A stretch of DNA of 64,000 nucleotides, from positions 55,939 to 119,938 of the forward strand of contig JAKFCT010000010.1 of NCBI GenBank assembly GCA_036676495.1, in the 5' to 3' direction. Position 1 is the stretch's first letter, and every line of letters starts with the position of its first letter. Below the pieces are notes generated by a model. The model did no database searches, was not told the DNA's origin, and saw only the letters and a list, made by a program, of their open reading frames with translations. The stretch comes from Candidatus Sericytochromatia bacterium (lineage in GTDB: Bacteria; Cyanobacteriota; Sericytochromatia; S15B-MN24; UBA4093). Shown piece after piece: positions 28,658 through 38,562 of the stretch. The position numbers and the translations under genes were made by a program.

Positions 28658-28951
28658 ATGCTTTCGCTCTTTCCATTCCTGATCATCGGAGCGATCGGCG
28701 GCGGATTCCTCCTGTTGATCCTCACCGACAAGCTCGGCTGGACCAGCGTCTACAAGAAGCGAGACCCGGGGACCTCGATCCTCGGAGGCGTTCTGCTGGG
28801 CTCGGAGCAGCTCTTCGCCCCGGAACACCGGCGGGCTGCCATCGAATACCGGATCGAGGGAAAGGATCGCCTCCGGCAGCAGCAGGCAGGGGACGGCCAT
28901 GACCGCGACGGACAGGGCCCCTCGGAGGCCGGAGAGGGAAGGTCCCTTTAA
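28658..28951 (+). CDS. small membrane protein (DUF6191-like)
   Basis: N-terminal TM, then EQLFAP...AGDG. Confidence 0.45.
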   Translation: MLSLFPFLIIGAIGGGFLLLILTDKLGWTSVYKKRDPGTSILGGVLLGSEQLFAPEHRRAAIEYRIEGKDRLRQQQAGDGHDRDGQGPSEAGEGRSL

Positions 28952-30330
28952 GCCGGCCGGCCGGCCCGCACCTCGCGCTCGAGGCGGTCATGCAGCCATG
29001 GCACCACCGCCGCATGCTCGGGCTTCATGAGGCACGAGCGCAGGACCGTGACCGTCGGCTGATCCCAAACCAGGTTCGGAGCCCGTGCCTCCACCAGCGC
29101 CCGCGGAAGCACCAGCTTGGCGAGGTAGAGCGGCTCGGCCGGATCGGCCATGAGCGCCTCGAAGATCCGATCCGTCTCGCGGCTGACGGCGCTGGCCGCC
29201 GCCCCCTGCGTCCCCCCGAGCTGAGGGAAGAACGCCAGGATGTCCAGTTCCGGAGGCATCACCAGGTGCAGCCAGGGGCTTGCCTCGATCCGGGCTGCCC
29301 AGTCGAGAGCGGCGCGGCGGGTGGCCTGGAGCACCGGCCCCAGCCCTTCCGAGGCCGACAGCGGGAAACAGCGCAAGGTGGCCCAGAACGCAGCCGCCGC
29401 GGCGCCTGCCCGCGAGCACTCCAGGCTGATCTCCCCGAGGTGCAGCTCCGCGGAAGTGAAGTAGGTGTAAGGCGAGTCGTGCTTGTAGAAGCGCCCCACC
29501 GAGGCGTCCCGGAACAGCACCGCCCCGCAGCCGTAGGGCTGCAAGCCGTGCTTATGGGGGTCGATCACCACAGAATCCGCCTGGGCGATCGCCCGGAACG
29601 CCTCCGCGGCCAACGGAGCGAGCTCGGAATCGGCAAGCAGGCGATAGAACCCCCCGTAGGCCGCATCGACGTGCAAGCGGAAGCCCCGCTCGCGGCCCAT
29701 CGCAACCAAGCGATCGATCGGATCCACGGCTCCCAGCCCGGTGGTGCCGGCCGTCGCCACCACCGTTCCGATGGCCTCGGACTCCAGCAACCGCTCGAGC
29801 ATGGTCAGATCCATGCGGCCATGGGCGTCCACGTCGACGGGAAACGCCTTGAGGCCCAGCACCTCGCTCATGCGGGAATGGGTGTAATGGGCCTGGCGCG
29901 AGTAGGCGATCGCCTTCTCCGGATGCAGCGAGCGCGCGACCCAAAGCGCCTCGAGGTTGGCGATGGTCCCGGAGCTGGTGAGGTGAGCCAAGGGCGCGTC
30001 GAAGCCGAACATGGCCGCGAGCTGGGCGATCGCCTCGCGCTCCAAGGCCGCGGTGGCGGGGCCTCCGTCGAGGGCATGGTTGTTGGGATTGACGGTCATG
30101 GCCATCATGTAGGCCATCATCGCCACGGGATGGGGAGGCTTCAGCATCTGCCCCGCGTAGTGGGGATGGAAGAAGGGATAGTTGTCGCGAAGCCGCTCGG
30201 CGAGCTCGTCGAGGGTATGCTGCAACTTGCCGGGATCGACCGAGAGCTCGGGGGCCGGATCGAACGAAGGCCAAAGCTGTTGCCAGGCGGCCATCATATC
30301 GAGCCCTCGATTGAGCAAATGCCGATCCAT
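28948..30330 (-). CDS. PLP-dependent group II amino acid decarboxylase
   Basis: [15 protein letters not shown] lysine, LECSRAG. Confidence 0.88.
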   Translation of the reverse strand: MDRHLLNRGLDMMAAWQQLWPSFDPAPELSVDPGKLQHTLDELAERLRDNYPFFHPHYAGQMLKPPHPVAMMAYMMAMTVNPNNHALDGGPATAALEREAIAQLAAMFGFDAPLAHLTSSGTIANLEALWVARSLHPEKAIAYSRQAHYTHSRMSEVLGLKAFPVDVDAHGRMDLTMLERLLESEAIGTVVATAGTTGLGAVDPIDRLVAMGRERGFRLHVDAAYGGFYRLLADSELAPLAAEAFRAIAQADSVVIDPHKHGLQPYGCGAVLFRDASVGRFYKHDSPYTYFTSAELHLGEISLECSRAGAAAAAFWATLRCFPLSASEGLGPVLQATRRAALDWAARIEASPWLHLVMPPELDILAFFPQLGGTQGAAASAVSRETDRIFEALMADPAEPLYLAKLVLPRALVEARAPNLVWDQPTVTVLRSCLMKPEHAAVVPWLHDRLEREVRAGRPA

Positions 30331-30564
30331 GATTCCCCCTCCATCCGGGCGCCCGTGAAGGCGCCCATGCCGCGTATCCGTCTCCTTCCATTCAACGCGC
30401 CGCGCCAGGGGGCGTCAACCACGCCTCCTGGCGACGCCGTTCCGGCGCAGGCCTTGACAAAGATCCGAAACAGACTATCTGGACCTCGGCAAACTTGTCC
30501 GGTAAACTAGCCTTTGTAATGAGGTCAGCCTGCCCTTGGGCAGGGCCGATGAGGCAGGGAAGGC

Positions 30565-32418
30565 ATGATCAACCGAGAACTCATCCCGGACGTCGCGGCT
30601 GACGAGCTTTTGCGGCTGCGCGCCGAACTGGCGGAAGCCCATGAGGCGATCGCCGAACTCGAGGCCCGAAACCAGAAGCTGCAGGCCGAGCTCGCCTCTC
30701 GTCAACGCGCGGTGCTTCAGAGTTTCGAAGCGACCCTTCACTCCTTTGCCAAGAGCCTGCTGAGCTCGACCGAAAAAGCCTTTTTCAGCTTGCTGAGTCA
30801 ATCCCTGGCCAAGGCGCTGGGAGTGGACCACGTCCTGATTGGCGAGGTGAGCGAGCCGGGCCAGGGGCGAACCCTCGCCTACTATGCCGACGGCCAGACC
30901 TCGGAGAACTTCAGCTATCCCCTCGCGGGCACTCCCTGCGCCGTGGCCCTCGAGTGGCAGAACTGTCTCTTCGCACAGGGGGTCCAGGAACGCTTTCCCG
31001 AGGCGATCGCCCTGCGCGAGTTGCAAGTCGACGCCTACGCCGCAACGGCCCTTTGCGACGAGTCGGGAGAGGCCCTGGGCTTGATCGCGGTCATGCAGCG
31101 GACGCCCTTCGCCTTTCCGGAGGCCGTCGAAACGCTGCTGCGCTTGGTGGCAAAACCGGCCACGGCCGAGCTCCTGCGCCTCCGCTCGGAATCGGAGAGC
31201 GCCCGGCGGGCGCGGGCGCTGGAAGCGGCGTATGCGGCCCTGCAGGACCACAGCCTGCGGATCGAGGCCGAGATCGCCCAGCGCAACCGGGAGCTGACCA
31301 GCGAGAAAGCGCTCATCGACCACATCATCGCCTCGATTCCGGTCGGCATCCTGTACCTGGATCGCAACCTGGTCGTGCGCTGGACCAATGCCGAACAGCT
31401 GCGCATCACGGCCATGGGGCCCGATCGCATCGTCAACCGCTCGATTTTCGAACTCTTCCCGGGCCTGGAGCCGGAGGATGCGCGCTTCGACGACGTGCTG
31501 ACCCACGGCAAGGATATCCGCATCACGAGCCATGCCCTGGAAGTCGGCAACCGCACCATCCACATCGACGGGACCATGGTCCCCATTTTCGAGGAAGACC
31601 GGTCGGTCAAGGGGATTCTGCTCTTCGCCAACGACGTCTCCGCCCGGGTCGAAAACGAACGGCTTCAGCAGGAGCAAATCGAGGCCCTCCGCGAGCTCGA
31701 CCGGCTGAAGGGGGATTTCATCAACGCCGCGTCCCATGAGTTGCGCACGCCGCTGACGTCCATCACGGGCTATTCCGAGTTCCTCGAGGACGAGGTCGGC
31801 GGGCCGTTGAGCCTCGATCAACGGGGGTTCGTCACCCAGATCCAGGAAGGTGCGAAGCGGCTGCAGCGAATCGTCGACGACATGCTCGACTTCGCCCGGC
31901 TGGAAGCCGGCTCCTTCAAGCTGGTCGTCCGGGAAGCCGACCTGGGATTGCTGGTTCAAGAGGAGCTGGCTTTCGTGCAACCCCAGGCGCAGGACGCCCA
32001 CGTGACCCTACGGACGGAGCTGCCCTCGGAGCCGCTGCACGTCCCCATGGATCCGAGCCGGATCGGCCAGGTGCTCTTGAATCTCCTGGGGAATGCCATC
32101 AAGTTCACCCCGGCGGGCGGACAGGTCACCATCGCGATCCGGACCGAGCGCGACGCCGTGCGGGTGGAGGTGCGCGATACCGGGATCGGTATCTCCGAGG
32201 ACCATATCGGAAGGTTGTTCCAGAAGTTCTTTCAGGTGGACCCCAGCATGACGCGGGAGCGCGGCGGGGCGGGCCTGGGGCTTTCGATCGCCAAGGCCCT
32301 GATCGAGGCGCATGGCGGCCGGATCGGAGTGGCCAGCCGTCTCGGAGAGGGAAGCACCTTCTGGTTCACCCTCCCGCGGCTCGGCGAGATCGACGAATCG
32401 GCCCTTATCCTCGAATGA
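30565..32418 (+). CDS. GAF/PAS sensor histidine kinase (no adjacent response regulator)
   Basis: SHELRTPL H-box, NAIKFT, DTGIGI, GAGLGL. Confidence 0.93.
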   Translation: MINRELIPDVAADELLRLRAELAEAHEAIAELEARNQKLQAELASRQRAVLQSFEATLHSFAKSLLSSTEKAFFSLLSQSLAKALGVDHVLIGEVSEPGQGRTLAYYADGQTSENFSYPLAGTPCAVALEWQNCLFAQGVQERFPEAIALRELQVDAYAATALCDESGEALGLIAVMQRTPFAFPEAVETLLRLVAKPATAELLRLRSESESARRARALEAAYAALQDHSLRIEAEIAQRNRELTSEKALIDHIIASIPVGILYLDRNLVVRWTNAEQLRITAMGPDRIVNRSIFELFPGLEPEDARFDDVLTHGKDIRITSHALEVGNRTIHIDGTMVPIFEEDRSVKGILLFANDVSARVENERLQQEQIEALRELDRLKGDFINAASHELRTPLTSITGYSEFLEDEVGGPLSLDQRGFVTQIQEGAKRLQRIVDDMLDFARLEAGSFKLVVREADLGLLVQEELAFVQPQAQDAHVTLRTELPSEPLHVPMDPSRIGQVLLNLLGNAIKFTPAGGQVTIAIRTERDAVRVEVRDTGIGISEDHIGRLFQKFFQVDPSMTRERGGAGLGLSIAKALIEAHGGRIGVASRLGEGSTFWFTLPRLGEIDESALILE

Positions 32419-32467
32419 GCGCGCATGGCCAGGCGGCCTTGCCGGGCGCGGGCCGTCGCCCTCGGCG

Positions 32468-32629
32468 CTAGGCGCCCAGCGCGGCTCCCATGAGCATCAC
32501 GAGCACGAGCAGCGTGAGCTTGAGTTCGAAGAGCTCCTCGACATCCCAGAAGCGCCGGATCCAGGATCGCCGTCCGCCTGAAAGCACGCGCAGGCGGGGA
32601 GCTTTGACAGGTTGATGCGTCCGGATCAT
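32468..32629 (-). CDS. 53-aa membrane microprotein, candidate SOS-induced
   Basis: GAGGGAGG RBS; basic N-terminus and C-terminal TM (LTLLVLVMLMGAALGA); downstream of a promoter with a LexA-type box. Confidence 0.55.
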   Translation of the reverse strand: MIRTHQPVKAPRLRVLSGGRRSWIRRFWDVEELFELKLTLLVLVMLMGAALGA

Positions 32630-32767
32630 CACGACCTCCCTCGATAAACGTTGTTGCCGCATGGACCAGCCTTGGTCGCTTCAGGCCCGCTTCGCGTTCC
32701 CAACCGCAGGCGCTGCGCCATCGCCGCTGGGAGCGCAGGCCCGTCTCCCTGCCCATCGAACAAACAA

Positions 32768-32815
32768 TCGACCAATTTCCTCCGCGAGTGTATAATCGAA
32801 CATACGTACTGTCAA
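32768..32815. promoter_or_regulatory. overlapping divergent sigma70 promoters with a LexA-type SOS box
   Basis: Minus: TTGACA(32815-10)-N17-TACACT; plus: TCGACC-N17-TATAAT(32791-96); box CGAAC-ATAC-GTACT at 32797-32810. Confidence 0.65.
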
Positions 32816-32923
32816 GCGCCGGAGGCACGCCCTAGGCAATCGACCGGCTTGATGTTACGATATGAATCATTGTTAAGCTTGCTGCCAAACCATGGCACTC
32901 ACTGGGAAGCGAAGGAGAGCACG

Positions 32924-33064
32924 ATGCAGAAGGCTCGGGAAGCGAAGCTGGGGTTGCTGGCCCTGCTCAAGGTCTCACATACGCTGAAGGGGCAAGGAGA
33001 GCTTCAGTTCATCGGGCGCACGGGCCTTCTGGGTCGGATGATGGGCTGGGCCCGCCGCCGCTAG
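32924..33064 (+). CDS. 46-aa basic microprotein
   Basis: AAGGAG RBS before ATG; MQKAREAKLGLLALLKVSH...WARRR. Confidence 0.4.
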   Translation: MQKAREAKLGLLALLKVSHTLKGQGELQFIGRTGLLGRMMGWARRR

Positions 33065-33134
33065 CGGATCGCGCGCGGGCGCTCCCCGCCGGCCGTGCCG
33101 GCCCCCGACGCCGCTTTCGCGGGAGAATCGTTCC

Positions 33135-33163
33135 TTGACGGGCGCATGCCGAGGCGATAAAAT
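33135..33163 (+). promoter_or_regulatory. sigma70 promoter of rnpB
   Basis: TTGACG-N17-TAAAAT ending 6 nt before P1. Confidence 0.75.
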
Positions 33164-33169
33164 GCCCGA

Positions 33170-33702
33170 GTCAGTGGGACGGGTGATCGCGGGGACCTTG
33201 GGTCCCTGAGGAAAGTCCGAGCTCCCCAGGGCAGGACGCTGGGTAACGCCCAGTGGGGGAAACCCCGAGGATAGTGCCACAGAAAGATACCGCCCGACAC
33301 ACCTGCAGCCTCCACGCATTTCGAAACCCATTCGAGATCTGCCGGCAAGGAAGACTCGCAGCTTCAATCCGCCACGCACCCGCAAGGGAACGCCGCCCCG
33401 TGACCGCCTCGCGCGGTTCCGGAACGAGGTAGGGAACGGATTGCGGAACGCGACGGAAGACGGGATTCAGCAGGGAAGCAACTGGTGTCGGGTAAGGGTG
33501 CAAAGGTGGGGTAAGAGCCCACCAGCAGTCGGGTGACCGGCTGGCTAGGTAAACCCCGTCCGGAGCAAGACCAAACAGGGGAAGTTGACGCGGCCCGCCG
33601 ATTCCCCGGGTAAGGTCGCATGAGGCGTCGGGAGACCGGCGTCCCAGAGAGATGATCACCCCCGCTGCGGGGGGACAGAACTCGGCTTACAGGCCCACTG
33701 AC
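33170..33702 (+). ncRNA. rnpB: RNase P RNA (type A) with expanded P12
   Basis: GAGGAAAGTCC, AGTGCCACAGAAA, GGTAAACCCC, ACAGAACTCGGCTTA conserved boxes; P1 gtcagtggg/cccactgac. Confidence 0.97.
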
Positions 33703-33703
33703 C

Positions 33704-33729
33704 GGGGGGCATCCCGCAGGATGCCCCCC
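33704..33729 (+). terminator. hairpin after rnpB
   Basis: gggggcatcc-cgca-ggatgccccc. Confidence 0.65.
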
Positions 33730-33813
33730 ACTTCTCATGAAAGCGCAGTTTGACTGGGTCTTGAGCCCGGCGTGTGGCGAGGGTCACAGACCCCACCCAA
33801 GGGAGAGCGTACG

Positions 33814-34743
33814 GTGAAAGACGCCGGATTCCATCACGTTTCCGTCCTACTGGAGGAAGTCCTGGACAGCCTCCGTCCCGCTCCGGGCGGGAGGTTCCTG
33901 GATGGAACCGTCGGAGGAGCCGGCCATTCCGCCGCCCTGTTGTCGCGGGTCGGGCCGGAGGGGTACCTGTACGGGATCGACCAGGATCCCGCGGCCTTGG
34001 CGGTCGCCCAGGAGCGTCTCCAGCAGGTCGGCAGCAACTTCGCGCTGCGCCAAGGCAACTTCGCCGACGTGCTGCCGGACTGGGATCTCCCCCCCTTGAA
34101 CGGGATTCTTCTCGACCTGGGGGTCTCTTCGCATCAGCTGGACACCGCCGAGCGCGGCTTCAGCTTCCGCCTCGAGGGCCCTCTCGACATGCGGATGGGA
34201 GAAGAAGGTCCCAGCGCGGCCGACCTGGTGAACGGCCTGGCTGAGCGGGAGCTGGTGGATATCCTCTTCCGGTACGGGGAGGAGCGGCACGCCCGAGCCA
34301 TCGTGCGCGCCATCCTCAAGCGCCGGTCCGAACAGCCTTTCCGGACGACCCGGGAGCTGGCGGAAGTCATCGAACGGGTGATCCCGGCCCACAAGGCGGG
34401 GGGCATCCACTCCGCGACCCGGACCTTCCAGGCCCTCAGGATCGCGGTGAACCGGGAGCTCGAGGTGCTCGAGCAGGTCCTGCCGGCGGCGATCGCCAAG
34501 CTCGCCCCAGGAGGACGGCTCGCCGTCATCAGCTTCCATTCCCTGGAGGATCGGATCGTCAAGACCGTCTTCCGGGACATGGCCAAGTCATGCGTCTGCC
34601 CGCCGAAGCTGCCCATCTGCGTCTGCGGGACGGTGCCGACGGTCAAGGTCATCACGACGAAGCCGATCGAGGCTTCGGAGGACGAGGTCCGGGCCAACCC
34701 CCGGTCGCGCTCGGCCAAGCTACGGGTGGCGGAACGGATCTAG
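33814..34743 (+). CDS. rsmH: 16S rRNA m4C1402 methyltransferase
   Basis: HVSVLL, DGTVGGAGHS, DLGVSS.QLD, FHSLEDRIVK, NPRSRSAKLR. Confidence 0.97.
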   Translation: MKDAGFHHVSVLLEEVLDSLRPAPGGRFLDGTVGGAGHSAALLSRVGPEGYLYGIDQDPAALAVAQERLQQVGSNFALRQGNFADVLPDWDLPPLNGILLDLGVSSHQLDTAERGFSFRLEGPLDMRMGEEGPSAADLVNGLAERELVDILFRYGEERHARAIVRAILKRRSEQPFRTTRELAEVIERVIPAHKAGGIHSATRTFQALRIAVNRELEVLEQVLPAAIAKLAPGGRLAVISFHSLEDRIVKTVFRDMAKSCVCPPKLPICVCGTVPTVKVITTKPIEASEDEVRANPRSRSAKLRVAERI

Positions 34744-34809
34744 CGGCCAAGGCCCTTGCCAACGACGGCGAGTCCACAGGGGTCGTGCACGAGGGTCGAG
34801 GGGAGAGCA

Positions 34810-35277
34810 ATGGCAGAGCCCGTATCGAAAGAAAACGCCCTGGTCCGGCGGGCTGAAACGCTGCCTCTGGCCCTGCCCCAGCTTTCCGCGAATGCCCGTC
34901 TGGCCCCGCCGCGCACGGTGCCGCTCGACGAGCGCGAGCCGTGGACCGTCCTATCGAGCAAGCCTCGGAAGCGCAAGCTCGGCATCGAGGCCGTCCTCAT
35001 GACCCTGGTGGCCGCCAACGTCGCGCTCTACACCGTCACGGTCGTCCAGGAAGCGGGGCTCACCCGCCTGCAGAGCGAGATCCGCGATCGCCGCCAAGAG
35101 CTGGTCCGCCTGCGCACCGAGCTTGCGCGCGTCCAGTCCCTGGATCAAATCGAACTGAGCGCCAAGACGCTCGGCATGGTTCGGCCCAAATCCGCCCTCT
35201 ACGTCGCCCCGCCGGCTCCCTTGCCTCTCAAGACCCGGGTGGCTCGCGCCCCCTTTGGAGCCCCTGAGGGGTACTGA
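34810..35277 (+). CDS. ftsL: cell division protein FtsL-like
   Basis: Single TM plus coiled coil ending IE..AK.LGM; located between rsmH and ftsI. Confidence 0.6.
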   Translation: MAEPVSKENALVRRAETLPLALPQLSANARLAPPRTVPLDEREPWTVLSSKPRKRKLGIEAVLMTLVAANVALYTVTVVQEAGLTRLQSEIRDRRQELVRLRTELARVQSLDQIELSAKTLGMVRPKSALYVAPPAPLPLKTRVARAPFGAPEGY

Positions 35278-37046
35278 TGGGCCGCCCCCAAATCATCCGT
35301 TCGCGCAGCAACTGGATCTACGCCGCGCTCTGCCTCGGAGCGGTCGTCCTCTCCGGACGGCTCGCCGTCCTCCAGGTCTGGGATGCCCCCAAGTTGGCGG
35401 CCCAGGCGAAGGATCAGCGCACGCGCGCGATCGATCTGGGCACGGTCCGGGGCGAAATCGTCGATCGCGAGGGCCAGGAGCTGGCCGTCTCCGTGAATTC
35501 CTGGTCGGTCTACGCCCAGCCCAGCGAGTTCGAGGAGAGCCCCGCGCAGATTGCCGCCAAGCTCGCCCCCATGCTCGGCATCCCCGCCCGCGAGCTCGAA
35601 CAGAAGCTGCATGGCTCGCATTGGCGCTGGATCTCGCGACAGTTCGACGACAAGGCGCTCGCCGAGACCATCCGCAAGCAGAAGATCCCGGGCATCGGCG
35701 TCCTGCGGGAGAAGAAACGGGTCTACCCCAAGGACACCCTGGCCGCGAACCTGCTCGGCTTCGTGGGCATCGACAACCAGGGCCTGGCCGGCATCGAGCA
35801 CGACTTCGAGGACGTCCTCCGGGGCGACTCCGAGAAGCTCTTGATCCAGGTCGACGCGCGCGGGCGCGAATTGCTTCGCGAGAACCCGGGCTCTCCCCTG
35901 GAGAGCGTCCTGACCGACGGAGCCAAGGTCGTGCTCACCCTGGACGAGCGCATCCAGCACATCGCCGAGCGCGAGCTGGCGCAGTCCGTGCAGCGACTCA
36001 AGGCCAAGCGCGGGGCCGTGTTGATCATGGATCCGGCCAACGGCGATCTCCTGGCCTTCGCCACCCACCCCACCTACGACCCCAACCGCTACCGGGACGC
36101 CGATTGGCAGACCATCAAGAACTGGGCCGCCAAGGACACCTTCGAGCCGGGCTCCACGATGAAGATGTTCACGATCGCCGCGGCCATCGAGCTGAATCGC
36201 CTCCGCCCCAGTGAGCGCTTCGCAATCGCCCCGACCATGACCATCGGCAAGCACACGATCTCGGATCACGGCGCCCCGCCCGGGATCCGCCAACTCACTC
36301 CCGCCCAGATCCTGGAGGTCTCCTCCAACGTCGGCAGCATCCTGATCGCCCAGCGCATGACGCCCGAGGAGCACCGAGATGCGCTCTTGCGCTTCGGCTT
36401 CGGCCGCGACACCGACTCCGGGATCAAGGGCGAGAGCCGGGGGCGTCTCCCCAAGCTTCCCTGGAAGCAGATCACCCAGGCCTCGCTGTCTTACGGGTAC
36501 TCCCTTGCCGTCACGCCCCTTCAGCTGCTGACGGCAGCCACCAGCCTCGCCAACGGCGGGGCCTATCACGCGCCGCGAATCATCCAGCGGATCCTCACGC
36601 CGAAAGGCGAGGTCCTTCAGGAGTTCCCGCCCGCCCCGCCTCGTCAGGCGGTCTCTCCGGAGACGGCGCGCAAGATGCTGGCGATGATGCAGAACGTCGT
36701 GGATGAAGGAACCGGAGCGTCCGCCGGGATTCCGGGGTATAATGTGGCCGGCAAAACCGGGACCGCCAACAAGGCCAAGGAAACCGGCGGCGGCTACTCC
36801 AGCGACGTCTATTCGTCGTTCATCGGGTTCGTCCCTGCTGAGAAGCCCCGGATCGTGGTTCTCGCCCTCTTGGACAGCCCCCAGAATGCCCACTATGCAA
36901 GCCAAACTGCGTCCCCGCTCTTCAAGGCGGTGGCCGCCGACACCCTCAGGGTGCTCGGAGTGGTGCCCAACTCCCCGGGGGAAGACTCCCTCGCGGGCGG
37001 CTCGACCCCCAGCACCCACGCGGAGGCAACCCATGCGACTCGCTGA
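35277..37046 (+). CDS. ftsI: class B penicillin-binding protein (FtsI)
   Basis: RGEIVDR, EPGSTMK (SxxK), SSN, KTG motifs. Confidence 0.9.
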   Translation: MGRPQIIRSRSNWIYAALCLGAVVLSGRLAVLQVWDAPKLAAQAKDQRTRAIDLGTVRGEIVDREGQELAVSVNSWSVYAQPSEFEESPAQIAAKLAPMLGIPARELEQKLHGSHWRWISRQFDDKALAETIRKQKIPGIGVLREKKRVYPKDTLAANLLGFVGIDNQGLAGIEHDFEDVLRGDSEKLLIQVDARGRELLRENPGSPLESVLTDGAKVVLTLDERIQHIAERELAQSVQRLKAKRGAVLIMDPANGDLLAFATHPTYDPNRYRDADWQTIKNWAAKDTFEPGSTMKMFTIAAAIELNRLRPSERFAIAPTMTIGKHTISDHGAPPGIRQLTPAQILEVSSNVGSILIAQRMTPEEHRDALLRFGFGRDTDSGIKGESRGRLPKLPWKQITQASLSYGYSLAVTPLQLLTAATSLANGGAYHAPRIIQRILTPKGEVLQEFPPAPPRQAVSPETARKMLAMMQNVVDEGTGASAGIPGYNVAGKTGTANKAKETGGGYSSDVYSSFIGFVPAEKPRIVVLALLDSPQNAHYASQTASPLFKAVAADTLRVLGVVPNSPGEDSLAGGSTPSTHAEATHATR

Positions 37047-38562
37047 TATCGATAGCCGCTACCCTTCGGGCCTCTCCCTCTCGGGGGAAGGACCCGGCTC
37101 GAGACCGGTCGCAGGCATCGCCTACGACTCCCGGCGCGTGCAGCCCGGCGAGATCTTCGTCGCCCTCAAGGGCCTGCGGACGGACGGTCACGACCACCTG
37201 GCCCAGGCGATCGCCCAGGGTGCGGCCGCCGTGCTGATCGATGCCGCTTGGGCCGCCGAGCATGAGACGGATCTGGGCGTGCCGGTCTTCCACGCCGCCG
37301 ACACCCGCGAGGCCCTCGCATGGCTGGCTGCCGAGCACTACGGCCACCCCTCCCGCGCCATGGAAGTCATCGGAGTCACCGGCACCAACGGCAAGACCAC
37401 CACCACCCACCTCATCGAAGCCATCCTGCAGGAAGCGGGACGCTCCACCGGCCTGATCGGGACGCTGGGCGGCCGTTACCAGGAAGGCGGCGAGTCGCAG
37501 ACCCTGGACACCGGCCACACCACGCCCCAGTCCCTGGAGCTGCAAGGCCTCTTCGCCCGCATGAAGCGCTCAGGCGTCAACTCCGTGGTCATGGAGGTCT
37601 CCAGCCACGCCCTCGACCAGCTGCGGGTGGCGCATACCGACTTCGACTCCGCGGCCTTCACCAACCTCACCCAGGACCACCTGGACTATCACCAGACCAT
37701 GGAGGCCTACGCCAAGGCCAAGGCCAAGCTCTTCGGCATGATCGAGCCCTCGTCGGGCTTCCGCGGCGTCGCCGTCAACGTCGATGACGCCCACGGCTCC
37801 ACCATGGCCCAGAACGCCCGGGTCCCCGTGCTGACCTACTCCAGCCGCCCCGCGGCGGACGGCCCCGCGAGCCGTCCCGCCGACCTGCGCGCCGAGGACA
37901 TCACCCTCACCGCCTCCGGCTCCCGCTGGAAGCTCGTCACGCCGTTTGGCGAACAAACCCTCACCCTCCGGCTGCCGGGCCTCTTCAACATCTCGAACGC
38001 CCTCGCCGCGCTGGGCTGCGCCTTGAACCTGGGCATCCCCCTGGCGACCTGTGTCGCGGGCTTGGAGCGGGTGCGCGGAGTGCCCGGCCGCGTCGAGCTG
38101 GTGACCCGGCCCGAGGATCCTTTCAGCGTGCTGGTCGACTACGCCCACACGCCCGACGGCCTGGAGAACGTCCTGAAGACGGCGCGGGAGTTCACCCGCA
38201 ACCGGCTTCTGGTGGTCTTCGGCTGCGGGGGCGATCGCGACAAGGGCAAGCGGCCCCAGATGGGGGAAATCGCCTCCCGGCTGGCCGACGGCGTCTACCT
38301 GACCTCCGACAACCCGCGCTCCGAGGACCCCCAGGCCATCATGGCCGACGTCGCCGCGGGCATCGCCGGCGAGTACGTAGCCGAGCCCGACCGCGCGGAC
38401 GCCATCGCGCGCGCCATCGACGCGGCCAAGGCCGGAGACGTGATCGTGATCGCGGGCAAGGGCCACGAGACCTACCAGATCTTCGCCGACCGGACGATTC
38501 ACTTCGACGACCGCGAGGTCGCCCGCGACGCCCTCTCGAAAAGGACCGGGGCCAAATGCTGA
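37033..38562 (+). CDS. murE: UDP-MurNAc-tripeptide synthetase (mDAP-adding)
   Basis: GTNGKTT, MEVSSH, DYAHTPD, DNPR, GKGHE. Confidence 0.96.
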   Translation: MRLADIDSRYPSGLSLSGEGPGSRPVAGIAYDSRRVQPGEIFVALKGLRTDGHDHLAQAIAQGAAAVLIDAAWAAEHETDLGVPVFHAADTREALAWLAAEHYGHPSRAMEVIGVTGTNGKTTTTHLIEAILQEAGRSTGLIGTLGGRYQEGGESQTLDTGHTTPQSLELQGLFARMKRSGVNSVVMEVSSHALDQLRVAHTDFDSAAFTNLTQDHLDYHQTMEAYAKAKAKLFGMIEPSSGFRGVAVNVDDAHGSTMAQNARVPVLTYSSRPAADGPASRPADLRAEDITLTASGSRWKLVTPFGEQTLTLRLPGLFNISNALAALGCALNLGIPLATCVAGLERVRGVPGRVELVTRPEDPFSVLVDYAHTPDGLENVLKTAREFTRNRLLVVFGCGGDRDKGKRPQMGEIASRLADGVYLTSDNPRSEDPQAIMADVAAGIAGEYVAEPDRADAIARAIDAAKAGDVIVIAGKGHETYQIFADRTIHFDDREVARDALSKRTGAKC

